Source: the human T2T-CHM13v2.0 reference genome, Homo sapiens. From it: a stretch of 64,000 bases of DNA. Numbering within the stretch: the first letter of the stretch is position 1; each line of letters opens with the position of its first letter. Location of the stretch: NCBI RefSeq assembly GCF_009914755.1, contig NC_060937.1; one strand, given 5' to 3'. The position numbers and the translations under genes were made by a program. The notes beneath the pieces were generated by a model. It did no database searches and was not told the origin of the DNA. It saw nothing but the letters and a program-made list of their open reading frames with translations. Below, in pieces: positions 30,040 through 49,609 of the stretch.

Positions 30040-31856
30040 AATCACGAGCATTGCTATACATCATCAACAGTCAAGCCAGAGAGCCAAATCAGGAATGAAC
30101 TCCCATTCACAATTGCCACAAAAAGAATCAAGTACCTAGGAATACAGCTAACTAGGGAGGTGAAAGATCTCTATGAGGAGACCTACAAACCACTGCTCAA
30201 AGAAATGAGAAATGACACAAATAATTGGAAAAACATTCCATGCTCATGGATAGGAAGAATCAATATCATTAAAATGGCCATACTGACCAAAGCAATTTAT
30301 AGTTTTAATGCTATTCCTATTAACCTACCATTGAGATTCTTCACAGAACTAGAAAAAACTATTTTAAAATTCATATAGGACCAAAAATAGCCCAAATAGC
30401 CAATGCAATCATAAGCAAAAATAATAAAGCTGGAGGCATCACACTGTCCAACTTCAAAATATACTACAGGGCTACAGTAACCAAAACAGCATGGTGGGTA
30501 CAAAAACAGGCACATAGACCAATGGAACAGAATACAGAACCCAGAAATAAAACCAGATACATACCACTATTTGATCTTTGATGAACCTGACAAAAGCAAG
30601 CAATGGAGAAAGGATTTCTTATTCAATAAATTTAGTGCTAAGATAAGTGGCTAGCCATATGCAGAAGATTGAAACTGGACCCCTTCCTTATACCATACAC
30701 AAAAATAAACTCAAGATGGATTACAGACTTAAATGTAAAACCCAAAACTATAAAAACCTTGGAAGATAGCCTAGGCAATACCATTCAGGACGTAGGCATG
30801 GGCAAAGATTTCATGACGAAGACACCAAAGCAATTCCAACAAAAGCAAATATTGACAAATGGGATCTGTTTAAAGAGCTTCTGCACAGCAGAAGAAAATA
30901 TCAATAGACTAAACAGACAACTTACAGAATGGAAGAAAATTTTTGCAAACTATGCATCTGACAAAGGTCTCATCCAGTATCTTTTAGGAACTTAAACAAA
31001 TTTACAAGCAAGAAACAAACAACCCAATTAAAAAATGGGAAAGAACATGAACACTTTTCAAAAGAAGACATATATGTAGCCAATAATCATATGAAAAAAA
31101 GTTCAACATCACTGATCTTAGGAGAAATGCAAATCAATACCACAATGAGACACCATCTCACACCCGTCAGAATATGGCTATAATTAAAAAGTCAAAAACA
31201 ACAGATGCTGGTGAGGTAGTGGAGAAAAAGGAACACTTGTACATTGTGGGAGTGTAAGTCAGTTCAACCATTGTGGAAGGCAGTGTGGCAATTCCTGAAA
31301 AACCTGAAGACAGAAATACCATTAGATCCAGCAATCCCATTACTGGGTATATACCCAAAGGAAATAAATCATTCTGTTATAAAGACACATGCATGTGTAT
31401 GTTCATTGCAGCACTATTCACAATAGGAAAGATACGGAATCAACCTAAATACCCATCAATGATAGCCTGGATAAAGAAAATATGGTACATATACACCATG
31501 GAGTACTATGCTTCCATGAAAAAGAATGAGATCCTGTCCTTCACGGGGACTTCGATAGAGCTGGAGGCCATTATCCTAAGCAAACTAACAGGCACACAAA
31601 ATGAAACACCACGTGTTCTCACTTGTAAATGGAAGCTAAATGATGAGAACACATGACACATAGAGGGAAATGACACACACTGGGGCCTATATGAGAGTGG
31701 AGGGTGGGAGAACAGAGAGAATCAGGAAAAATAACTGGTGGGTACTAGGCTTAATACTTGGATGATGAAATAATCTGTACAACAAACCCCCATGATACAA
31801 GTTTACCTATGTAACAAACCTGCACAAGTACCCCTGAACTTAAAAGTTAAAAAAAA
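30040..31856 (+). mobile_element. 5'-truncated older L1PA (PA13-like), copy D
   Basis: ORF2 peptides ([30 protein letters not shown]). 3'UTR GGGTACTAGGCTTAATAC..AATCTGTACAACAAACCCC. Degenerate TSD AAAAATTACTGCATAACATT / AAAAACTACTGTGTAACATT at a TTT|AAAA site. Confidence 0.92.
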
Positions 31857-32875
31857 CTACTGTGTAACATTAACATGATATTTCAAAGTTCACTGTAAGT
31901 GAAGAGTTTACTTGCATAGTGTATTTTATGCCTAGATGTTTTATTTTTCATATTATGTAACTAATAATAAGTTATCATACTTTAACCAAATGGTTCTACC
32001 TGTTTCTCTTTCTGATAAATAAGTAAATTTGGAGTAAAAGTGATGCCAAGAAGTAAAATATATTGCTGCAGTGAGCAATACAGGGGAAAAGGAAGGCAGA
32101 AGGTAGCAGAAACTACAAAGGGGGAAGTGTAGAGAGGGCCGCAGCTTAACAAAGTAGTAGCTCAGTAAAAGAAACACATACTGGAATTAAAATTTTAGAC
32201 AAAATGTTACTTTCCTATCCACTTTCTTTTTTCATGTCTTTATTTGATTTGGTTGATAACAAACTTTTCTAATTATTAAGTATAGGTTATACCATCTAAC
32301 CTATACTTTAATTATATTCATGCTTTTTTGCCTAAAGTTTCATTATTATTAGTGGGGGATCTTTTTGATTTGATACTGGCATTTATTACTGTCTTCCTCT
32401 AGTTGAATCCAAAATGTTTCAGAGAATTTATCAAGAATCATCATTAATAATAACTATATCCTACTGATATGCATGGAAATAAATGGGGATATAAACAAAA
32501 AGTTGAAATGCATCTCAGTGATGTATTTACAATTCTGATTATAGAATCCTATCTTTCCTTCCATGTTTAGCAATCACATGGAGAAGGCACAAATTAGTCT
32601 GGCTTTAAAACATTGAACTAAAAACTAGGATTTGACTATCTGAGCCATAGCTTTACAGTGTCAGAATATGAGAGTATACTTCGTAAAGGCAGGAAGGATG
32701 CATTTTTCAAGAACTTCACCAATTAATTTGCAATGTAAATTGATATAATAACCAGATAATAATACACAACCCTAGGTAAGGGGGAATGGAAGAGTGTCAG
32801 AGAAAGAAGACCCTGAAATAATACATAGGCAAGAGTCAGAATAGTAGTAATGGCTTAAGATATATATCAGATGTA

Positions 32876-34519
32876 AGAGGGGACTTCAAAAGGTTCACAG
32901 AAAAATGGAATTAAAAGATAGGAATAAAGACATATAAACTTTATCCCTCAACATAAATACCATCAAGTTCAGGACACTTTTGTAAGTGATACCAGCCATT
33001 TAGTCCATCCCTAAAGAACTGAGGGTCTTGGAATTTAACATGTCAGTACAGTTTTTTTACATTATTAACTGAAGAAAAGGGTACCCTTTACAAACTTTTT
33101 AAGATTAGGAAACAAAAAGAAGTTACAAGGAGCCAAATCAAGACTGCATGATGCACTCCTGCTGATTTCCCATAGAAACTCTGAAAATTGCACTTGTTTG
33201 ATAAGGGGAATGAGCAGGAACATTATCAAGTCAGAGGACTCTCTGATGAAGCTTTCCTGGGCATTTTTGTGCTAAAGCTTTAGCGGACTTTCTCAACACA
33301 CTCTCATAATAAGCAGATATTATCGTTCTTTGGTTCTCCAGAAAGTCAGCAAGCATAATGCCTTGAGCATCCCACAAAACTGTTACCATGACCTTTGCTC
33401 TTGACCAGTTCTCTTTTGCTTTGACTGGACCACTTCTACCTCTTGGTAGCCATTTTTTTGATTGTGCTTTGTTTTTAGGATAGTTAAGTTTTATCTCCTG
33501 TTACAGTTGTTCAAAGAAATACTTAAAGGTCTTTATCCTACTTGTTTAAAATTTCTGTTGAAAGCTCTGCTCTCATATGCAGCCAATATGGGTGCATTGA
33601 TTTTGGCACCCATCCAGTGGAAAGTTTGCTTAACTTTAATTTCTCAGTTAGAATTTGTAAGCCGAACCAGTTGAGATTTCTACAGTATTGGTTATTATGT
33701 CCAATTGGTCCTCTTCAATTAGCGTACAAGCAAGATTAATTTTTTTGATAAATTGTTGTAGATGATTTGCCTCTGCCTCTGCAGGCTTCATCTTCAACAC
33801 TGTCTTGTCTCTTCTTTTTTTTTTTTGAGACAGAGTTGTACTCTGTTGCCCAGGCTGGAGTGCAGTGGTGCAAACACACCTCATTGTAAACCTTGACCTC
33901 CTGGGCACAAGCTATCCTCCTGCCTCACCTCCTGAATAGCTGGGACCACAGACATGTGCCACCATGCCCTGCTAATGTTTTTCTTTTTTGTTTTTTGTTT
34001 TGTTGTTGTTGTTGTTGTTGTTGTTTAGTTTTTGTAGATAAAGGGTCATACCATGTTATCCAGGCTGATCTTGAACTCTTGGGCTCAAGCAATCCTCCCA
34101 TCTCAGCCTCCCAAAGTGCAAGGATTACAGGCATGAGCCACCACATTTGGCTTGTCTCTTTAAAAAGTCATCCATCAACACCTGTGAAAAGAAGGGGGAC
34201 AATACAAGTTTTTTATTTGTAAACTTCTGATTTCTTTAATTCTTCCCATGTTTTTTTAACCATCAATGATTTTATCATTCTTCCACCGAAACTTTACCAT
34301 AAATTTGGTACTTGTTCTTAGTTCAGTTGTAGCAGCACTTAACGTTGCTCTGAGAGGGTTTTGTTCAAACTGATGTCTTACCCTTCTTAGTGCCTTAAAC
34401 TATATCCTGTTCAGACATGTAGCAAGTTAGTACAAGTTTATTTTGGTGCAAAAAATTTGAAATCCATGCATAATGTTTTCATAATACACATTTTCCATGA
34501 ACTTTTTGAAGTCTGCTAG
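32876..34519 (-). mobile_element. Full-length HSMAR2 mariner transposon, interrupted by AluJ
   Basis: TIRs AGAGGGGACTTCAAAAGGTTCACAGAAAAATG and CATTTTCCATGAACTTTTTGAAGTCTGCTAG, with TA on both sides; about 1.3 kb once the Alu is removed. Confidence 0.9.
33814..34151 (-). mobile_element. AluJ with (TTG)n expansion in the linker, nested in HSMAR2
   Basis: J-type CTCTTGGGCTCAAGCAATCCTCCC; TSD TTGTCTCTT on both sides. Confidence 0.92.
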
Positions 34520-34864
34520 TATGTGTATAGATATATATTATAGGTAAGAGATTTTGTGTGTGTGCACACATGCATGCACAAACCCACAGCATTGCGGTAC
34601 TATATATCACTGAGAATACATCCAACAGGACACAAGACATGTTAACTAAAAGGGCGCTGACCTTTCTTATGGTGGAGAACAGTGCCAGTAAATATAGACT
34701 GTGTCTTTTCAACATATTTTGTAATCATGTTTCATTAGTGATTTCTCATATATATACTTATACATTCACCTGTGCGGCAAGTGGGTTCCCCCATTTTCAT
34801 TACTTTGTCTCACCTCTTTCCTTCAATTTGGCAAAAATTTTAACTATAAGTTTGTTTTTATTAT

Positions 34865-34990
34865 GAAATAGACTGAAAGCTGCACAAAGGCTAGAATCAT
34901 GCTGATATTTACCTAGTATGCATACCTCGTATTTAGTCTGTGGCTTGGCTCATAGATTTGTACAGTAAGTGTTTGTTCTAATGAATGAAC
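34865..34990 (+). mobile_element. L2 3' terminus
   Basis: TAGACTGAAAGCTGCAC...CAGTAAGTGTTTGTTCTAATGAATGAA. Confidence 0.5.
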
Positions 34991-35149
34991 ATAGACATTA
35001 CACATACAGTACTCTATGTATATCATAGTTATCACTGTTTATCCAGAGTATTTAGTACTGGTTTTAGAGAGGCAGGAAACAGCTATGCTGGTGCTGTCAA
35101 TGTAGTATTCTTAAGATAGTCCATTTTCTTGGTTGCTTTTCTTGCAGTT

Positions 35150-35395
35150 AGAAGCGGTGCAGCATAAGCAAGGAAGTCAGACTGCCTGAGGACACATTCT
35201 GCCACCAGCTAGTTGTATGATCTTGGGCACATTACTTAACCACTCTGTGCTTCCATTTCTTCATCTGTACAATGAATTAATAATAGTACCTATCTCAAAG
35301 GGATTAATGAAAAGTAGTTGAGTAGTGAGTAGATATGTGTACAATATTTAGAAAGGTACCTAAACACAATAAGCTCTCAGTAAATATTGGCCTAT
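35150..35395 (+). mobile_element. MIR
   Basis: TGATCTTGGGCACATTACTTAACCACTCTGTGCTTCCATTTCTTCATCTGTACAATG core. Confidence 0.8.
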
Positions 35396-36592
35396 TTTCT
35401 TGATCACTAAAGTGGTAGGAAGGGAATATTACTAATTATATACTAGCTCTTAAAGTTTTTGTCTGGAAATGTCTCACTTCTGCTCACATTTTATTAGCTG
35501 GAGGAGGTCACATCAACATGATTAAGTTCAAAGTGATAGAAAAGTACAATTTTAAAATGTGTATTGAAGGAGAGGATAACCATTTGTAACTCTCAGTACT
35601 TATGTTTTTGTTTAATCTTGGTAGGATTAGAATTCATGCACAGAAGTCCTGACCTCAATGATTACCACTTAACTCTTGTAGCCAAAGGGAAATTCTGTTT
35701 CTTATGTATTTTTTGTGTGTATTTAGTAAAATATTCCTTTGTTTACTTCACTCTTTCCTCTGTTCCATTGGATAGTTTTTGTTACTACGTATTAAATAAT
35801 CAATTAATTTTCAGTAGTGCTTCACCAGGTAAATTCAGGTTCCTCTGTAGCTTTTAAAGGGGAACCATTCCTGAGGGGCCAGGAGGCTTTAAGGAAAATC
35901 AAGTACATGCTCATAAGCTGAAAATGCAATTATCAAAAATTTTATTGAGGAAACTATGAGTACCTAAACCCTATTTATCTAAAAATAACACCAAGTTCCA
36001 GCTAATGAACATCATTATATCAATAGTAATATTAATTATCATAATACAACCTAACTGGAAATCTTCCCTTCATTAATTATTGATTGTTCATATGTTCTTT
36101 TCTTGCAGTAGTACACTGTTCTCGTATAGCCACACTCATGAACAAAATATACATATGATGCTCAATGTTTCTGTATAATTTAGTCATTAATGGCACAAAG
36201 ATATAAAGAACAAAAAATAAACAAATGAAAAGAAAGCATATGATACCACACTCACCTTCCTAGTGTTGACACTGGAGGTATCATACATGAGATAATAAAA
36301 GTATAAGCTAGCAAATCCAAACAGACTTCGGTGTAGCATGAGTACCCATGCAACTGTGGAGACAGTAGCATAAGTGGCTCCTGTCTGTTCAACTGGGTAC
36401 TCTCCAAATACAGGAAATCTAAATTAGCCCTTCTTCATGAAAAGAAATGCTTTTATATACCAAACTGAGGACATTCGTTGAAACTCTTAGAGCAGTCAGA
36501 ATATACTGACTAAATAGGCATATCATAGGATAACATGAAGTTTTGATCATGCTTACAAATTATTAATAATAGTCACATCTACAGTTACTCTT

Positions 36593-40617
<4,025 letters not shown>

Positions 40618-41175
40618 GTTACTCTTAAAGACATTATTATTAGAATATTTTCTATTGTTTTTTCTATAGTGACTCATTTGCAGAAGAAAATGGCAGAAGA
40701 ATAACTTATTATGTTGAAATACTAAATAGAAGGAGTGATGCAGGAGGAGTTTAGCTAAATAAACAGAAGAAACTATGTGCTTGTATAGTGATGAATTTCA
40801 GTAGGAAAACAGAGTGAAGAACATATGAGAATGAAAGGAAAGGAAATGCATGATGTTGTTTTACCACAAGAATATATGCTCAGCACTGAGAATATTGCCT
40901 AACACAAAATAGATGCTCAGTAAATATATTTTTGAATGAGAACCATAGAAAGAAGGATGGAAAGAAATAGACAAGAAGGAGTTTGAACAGAAAACAGATG
41001 ATGATATCCTAGATTGGTAACCTGGCACAGATGCCAAATATAATGGTGTTGGAACATAAGCCTTTTTTGAACATATTATTCTACAGTAGAAAAACGTCTC
41101 ATGATTCATGACTTGGTGGTAAACAATATTATCAGAAAAATGAGAATATAAGGAGAGTATTATTTGTATACTCTA

Positions 41176-41860
41176 TGTTTTAGTTCGTTGAGGCTGCTAT
41201 AACAAATTACAGGCTAAGTATTCCTTATATGAAACGCTTGGGGCCAGAGTGTTTTGAATTTAGGATTTTTTTCAGATTTTGGAATATTTGCATGTACATA
41301 ATGAGATATCTTGGGGATGGGACCCAAGTTTAAAAACAATTGTCTATGTTTCATATATATACCTTATACACATAGCCTGAAGATTTTATACAATATTTTT
41401 AATAATTTTGTACATGAAACATGGTTTGTGTTAAGTACTTATATGTGGAATTTTCCACTTATGGCATCATGTCAGCACTCAAAAAGTTTTGGGTTTTGGA
41501 ACATTTTGGATTTTCAGATTAGAGATGCTTAACCTGTTCCATAAACTAGGTAGCTTATGAACAACAGAAATTTATTTCTTGCAGTTCTAGAAGTGAGAAG
41601 TCCAGGATCAAAATACCAGTAGATTTGGTGTTTGGTGAGGGCCCCACCTCCTGGTTCATAGAACAGTGCCTTCTCCCTGTGTCCTCACATGATGGAAGTG
41701 ACGAACAGGCTCCCTTGAGCCTATTTTATAAGGGCACTAATCCCATTCACAAGCGCTTTTCTTTCATGACCTAATTACTTTCCCAAAAGCCCCAGCACAT
41801 CATACCATCACCTTGGAGGTAAGGATTTCAACATATGAATTTTGGACAGAAACCATACTA
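41176..41860 (-). mobile_element. MLT1A/MLT1A0 LTR split by a Tigger4-type MITE
   Basis: GGCTGCTATAACAAAT...CCATAAACTAGGTAGCTTATGAACAACAGAAATTTATTTCT...TATAAGGGCACTAATCCCATTCA. Confidence 0.85.
41210..41536. mobile_element. Tigger4b/MER46-like non-autonomous DNA transposon
   Basis: TA|CAGGCTAAGTATTCC...GATGCTTAACCTG termini; internal GAGATATCTTGGGGATGGGACCCAAG. Confidence 0.85.
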
Positions 41861-41864
41861 ATGA

Positions 41865-42020
41865 CAGTGTTTCTGAACATTTCTTTATTAGAAACTGCTT
41901 TTGGAAAAATGTAATAAAACTCTAGACTTCTCCCTCAAAAATACGTATGTACATATACCATAAAATTTTGTAGACCATTTCAGGAGTTTTGTGAATCTGT
42001 AAAACTCATCCATTGGTTAA
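41865..42020. mobile_element. Possible hAT-Charlie MITE remnant
   Basis: Starts CAGTGTTTCT; AAAATTTTGTAGACCATTTCAGG resembles Charlie-derived MERs. Confidence 0.35.
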
Positions 42021-45000
42021 TGATGAGTGCCACATTTTTAAATAATGTGAATGTTGGGTTAATATCTACCCCCACCCCCCGAAAAACATGAAAAGAAGAG
42101 CACAGAAGTGCCAAGGAACAACACAAAGCTCTGAGATAGATATCAGAAGGACCAAAACCCAGAATAACCTGAGGTGCAGTCTAAAAAAGTAATAGAACTC
42201 CTCCATCAGGTCCCACAGTATAGTAGGGTATAGCCCATTATCTTTCCATTTAGTGATTATAATTTTTTGTGTCCACATATTCACTGCTAGTATATAGAAA
42301 TACAATTATTATTTGTGTGTCTATCTTGCATCTCGTGACCTTGCTTAACTCAGTCCTTAGTTCTAGGAGTGTTTGACAGATTTTGCATGATTTTTTACAT
42401 AGACAGTCATGTTATCTGCATATAGGGACAATTTTATTTCCTCTTTTTCTATTTATATTCCTCTTATTTCCTCTCTTTTGCCTTACTGCATTGGCTAGAA
42501 ATTTCAGTACTCTGTTGAGTAAGAGTGGTAACAGCAGACATCTTTGCCTTATTCCCAGTTTTAGGTGGAGAACATTCAGTCTTTCACTCTTAAGTATAAA
42601 GTTAGCTAAAGTTTTTTGTAGACACTTTTATCGAGTTGAAGAAATTGCCTTTTATTCCTGTTTTCCTGAACTTTTCTAAAATTGTGAATCGTTGCTAAAT
42701 TTTGTCAAATATCTTTTATAATGACTAATATGATCATGTGATTTTTCTTCTTCAGCTGTTAATGTAATGCACTACATTGATTCTTAAGGATTTTTTTGTC
42801 TATATAAAGGATGGATATTGGTCTGTAGTTTTCTTTTTTTGTACTGTTTTTGGTTTTTGTATCAGGGTGATGTTAGCTATAATAATTATTGAGAAATATT
42901 TCTTCCTATTCTGTTTTCTGGAAGAGATTATGTATAATTGGAGTTAATTCTTCTTTAAATGTTTAATAAAATTCTTCAGTGAAACTATCTAGGCCTGGAG
43001 ATTTGGGGAAAGAGGAGTAAACATCTTAAATTTCTTTAATTGTTACAGAGTTGTTCATATTATCTTTTTCACATTGGGTGAGTTGTGGTCATTCATGTTT
43101 TTTGGTCCATTTCTTCTAAGCTGCCAAATTTATGTGTGTAGAGTCTTTCACAGTATCCACTCCTTCTTTTGATGTCTTCAGAGTCACTAGTGATATCCCC
43201 TTTTTCATTCCTGATATTGGTAATTTGTGTCTACTCTTTTTTACTTTGTCAGTCTTTTTAGAGGTGTGTCAGTGTTATTGATTTTTTTCAAAGAAACAGC
43301 TCTTTGTTTTTGTTAATTTTTCTCTGTTGTTTTTCTGTTTTCAGTTTCACTGATTTTTATTGATTTCTGCTTTTTTATTGTTTCCTTTCTTCTACTTGCC
43401 TTTTATGTGTTCTTAAGGTGAGAATTTAGGTTACTGATTTTAAATGTTTCTTCTTTTCTAATATATGCATTTAGTACTATAGATTACCCTCTCAGTTCTA
43501 CTTTACTTGTGTCCAACAAGTGTTGATATTTTTTATTGTGATTTTCATTCAGTTCTGTATTCTTTTGGTTTTCCCTCGAGAATTCTTTTTTAAATCAAGG
43601 GTTATTTATTTTTTCTGCCTTCCTGTGGGTGACTTGGTCATTTTTTAGAATTCTGTTTTGATTTATCTATGTTTCTTAGTATATCCCTTTGTGTAGCTTT
43701 TTTAGTGTTTGCTCTAAGTATTACATTTTTTGTGCATAGCCTTATCAGTCTACTGGTGCTAACATTCTGTCAGTCCATGTGAAATATAGACACTATGTCC
43801 TTTCACATCCCTTTGCCTTCCCCCATTTATAATATAGTTATCTTAAATATTACCAGTAAATATACTTAGAACCACATCAGTGTTACAATTTTTGTTTCAA
43901 CAGTAAAACATAATTTAGAAAACTCAGGAGGAAAAGGAAAGCCTATTATAGATAGTCATGTTTTGCTTATTGTGTTCTTTCTTCCTAATGTTTCAGTGTT
44001 TCTTCTATTACTTCTCTCATGTTTACAGGACTGCCTATAGCCTTTCTTTTAGACTAGCTCTGATGGCAATAAATATTCTGTTTTTTACTTCATCTAAAGA
44101 TGTCTTCACTTGTTATTTCTGGAGGTCTCATCACTGGCTATAGGATTTGGGGTTGACGGTTCTTCTCTTTTAGCACCTAAAAAATATTTTGCCACTTTCT
44201 CTGGTCATCATTGTTTCTGATGTAAAATATATTGTCATTCTGTTTTACTTCTGCAGATGAGATGCCACTTTTCTCTGGCTGCTCTTTAGACTTTCTTTGC
44301 CCTCAGTTTTCAGAAATTTAATTATGATGTGTCTTAGCATGGACTTCCATGGATTTATCATGTTTAGAGTTCAGTAAGCTACTTAAATCTGTACATTTAT
44401 GTTTTTGCCAAATTTAGAAAGTTTTCCGCCATTTTTTTGTTTGTTTGTTTTTTTTTTTTTTTTAGATTCTTCGTTCTTTCACATGCAGAGCATCTTTTTT
44501 TTTTAATTTTATTATTATTATACTTTCAGTTTTAGGGTACATGTGCACAACGTGCAGGTTTGTTACATATGTATACATGTGCCATGTTGGTGTGCTGCAC
44601 CCATTAACTCGTCATTTAGCATCAGGTATACCTCCTAATGCTATCCTTCCCCCCTCCCCCCACCCCACAACAGTCCCCAGTGTGTGATGTTCCCCTTCCT
44701 GTGTCCATGTGTTCTCATTGTTCAGTTCCCACCTATGAGTGAGAACATGCGGTGTTTGGTTTTTTGTCCTTGCGATAGTCTGCTGCGAATGATGGTTTCC
44801 AGTTTCATCCATGTCCCTACAAAGGACATGAACTCATCCTTTTTTATGGCTGCATAGTATTCCATGGTGTATATGTGCCACATTTTCTTAATCCAGTCTA
44901 TCGTTGTTGGACATTTGGGTTGGTTCCAAGTCTTTGCTATTGTGAATAGTGCCACAATTAACATATGTGTGCATGTGTCTTTATAGCAGCATGATTTATA

Positions 45001-45561
45001 GTCCTTTGGGTATATACCCAGTAATGGGGTGGCTGGGTCAAATGGTATTTCTAGTTCTAGATACCTGAGGAATCGCCACACTGTCTTCCACAATGGTTGA
45101 ACTAGTTTACAGTCCCACCAACGTGTAAAAGTGTTCCTATTTCTCCACATCCTCTCCAGCATCTGTTGTTTCCTGACTTTTTAATGATCGCCATTCTAAC
45201 TGGTGTGAAATGGTATCTCATTGTGGTTTTGATTTGCATTTCTCTGATGGCCAGTGATGATGAGCATTTTTTCATGTGTCTTTTGGCTGCATAAATGTCT
45301 TCTTTTGAGAAGTGTCTGTTCATATCCTTCGCCCATTTGTTGATGGGGTTGTTTGTTTTTTTCTTGTAAATTTGTTTAAGTTCTTTGTAGATTCTGGATA
45401 TTAGCCCTTTGTCAGATGAGTAGGTTGCAAAAATTTTCTCCCATTCTGTAGGTTGTCTGTTCACTCTGATGGTAGTTTCTTGTGCTGTGCAGAAGCTCTT
45501 TAGTTTAATTAGATCCCATTTGTCAATTTTGGCTTTTGTTGCCATTGCTTTTGATGTTTTA

Positions 45562-46680
<1,119 letters not shown>

Positions 46681-46720
46681 TCAATACCTAATTTATTGAG
46701 AGTTTTTAGCATGAAGGTTA

Positions 46721-47164
<444 letters not shown>

Positions 47165-47259
47165 TTATTGCCTCAATTTCAGAGCCTGTTGTAGGTCTAT
47201 TCAGAGATTCAACTTCTTCCTGTTTTAGTCTTGGGAGGATGTATGTGTCGAGGAATTTA

Positions 47260-47355
<96 letters not shown>

Positions 47356-47527
47356 TTATCATTTTTTATTGCATCTATTTGATTCTTCTCTATTTTCTTC
47401 TTTATTAGTCTTGCTAGCAGTCTATCAATTTTGTTGATCTTTTCAGAAAACCAGCTCCTGGATTCATTAATTTTTTGAAGGGTTTTTTGTGTCTCTATTT
47501 CCTTCAGTTCTGCTCTAATCTTAGTTA

Positions 47528-47692
<165 letters not shown>

Positions 47693-47695
47693 CTA

Positions 47696-48559
<864 letters not shown>

Positions 48560-49609
48560 CTATTTTGCTCGTTAGTTGATGCAGTTTCTTCCTAGCCTCG
48601 ATGTTCGTTACAATTTGGCATGTTTTTGCAGTGGCTGCTGCCGGTTGTTCCTTTCCATGTTTAGTGCTTCCTTCAGGAGCTCTTTTAGGGCAGGCCTGGT
48701 AGTGACAAAATCTCTCAGCATTTGCTTGTTTGTAAAGTTTTTTATTTCTCCTTCACTTATGAAGCTTAGTTTGGCTGGATATGAAATTCTGGGTTGAAAA
48801 TTCTTTTCTTTAAGAATGTTGAATTGGCCCCCACTCTCTTCTGGCTTGTAGAGTTTCTGCCAAGAGATCAGCTGTTAGTCTGATGGGCTTCCCTTTGTGG
48901 GTAACCCGACCTTTCTCTCTGGCTGCCCTTAACGTTTTTTCCTTCATTTCAACTTTGGTGAATCTGACAATTATGTGTCTTGGAGTTGCTCTTCTCGAGG
49001 AGTATCTTTGTGGCGGTCTCTGTATTTCCTGAATTTGAATGTTGGCCTGCCTTGCTAGGTTGGGGAAGTTCTCCTGGATAATATCCTGCAGAGTGTTTTC
49101 CAACTTGGTTCCATTCTCCCCATCACTTTCAGGTACACCAATCAGACATAGATTTGGTCTTTTCACATAGTCCCATATTTCTTGGAGGCTTTGTTCGTTT
49201 CTTTTTATTCTTTTTTCTCTAAACTTCTCGCTTCATTTCATTCATTTTATCTTCCATCGCTTTCTTCCAGTTGATCGCATCGGCTACTGAGGCTTCTGCA
49301 TTCGTCACGTAGTTCTTGTGCCATGGTTTTCAGCTCCGTCAGGTCCTTTAAGGACTTCTCTGCATTGGTTATTCTAGTTAGCCATTCATCTAATTTTTTT
49401 TCAAAGTCTTTAACTTCTTTGCTATTGGTTAGAACTTCCTCCTGTAGCTCAGAGTAGTTTGATCATCTGAAGCCTTCTTCTCTCAACTCGTCAAAGTCAT
49501 TCTCCATCCAGCTTTGTTCCGTTGCTGGTGAGGAGCTGCGTTCCTTTGGAGGAGGAGAGGCACTCTGATTTTTAGAGTTTCCAGTTTTTCTGCTCTGTTT
49601 TTTCCCCAT

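Noticed and set aside
32876-34519. HSMAR2 as the cause of the local L1 conversion
   Set aside because: The element was inactivated (AluJ insertion) long before these L1PA copies arrived, and nothing in the sequence links them.
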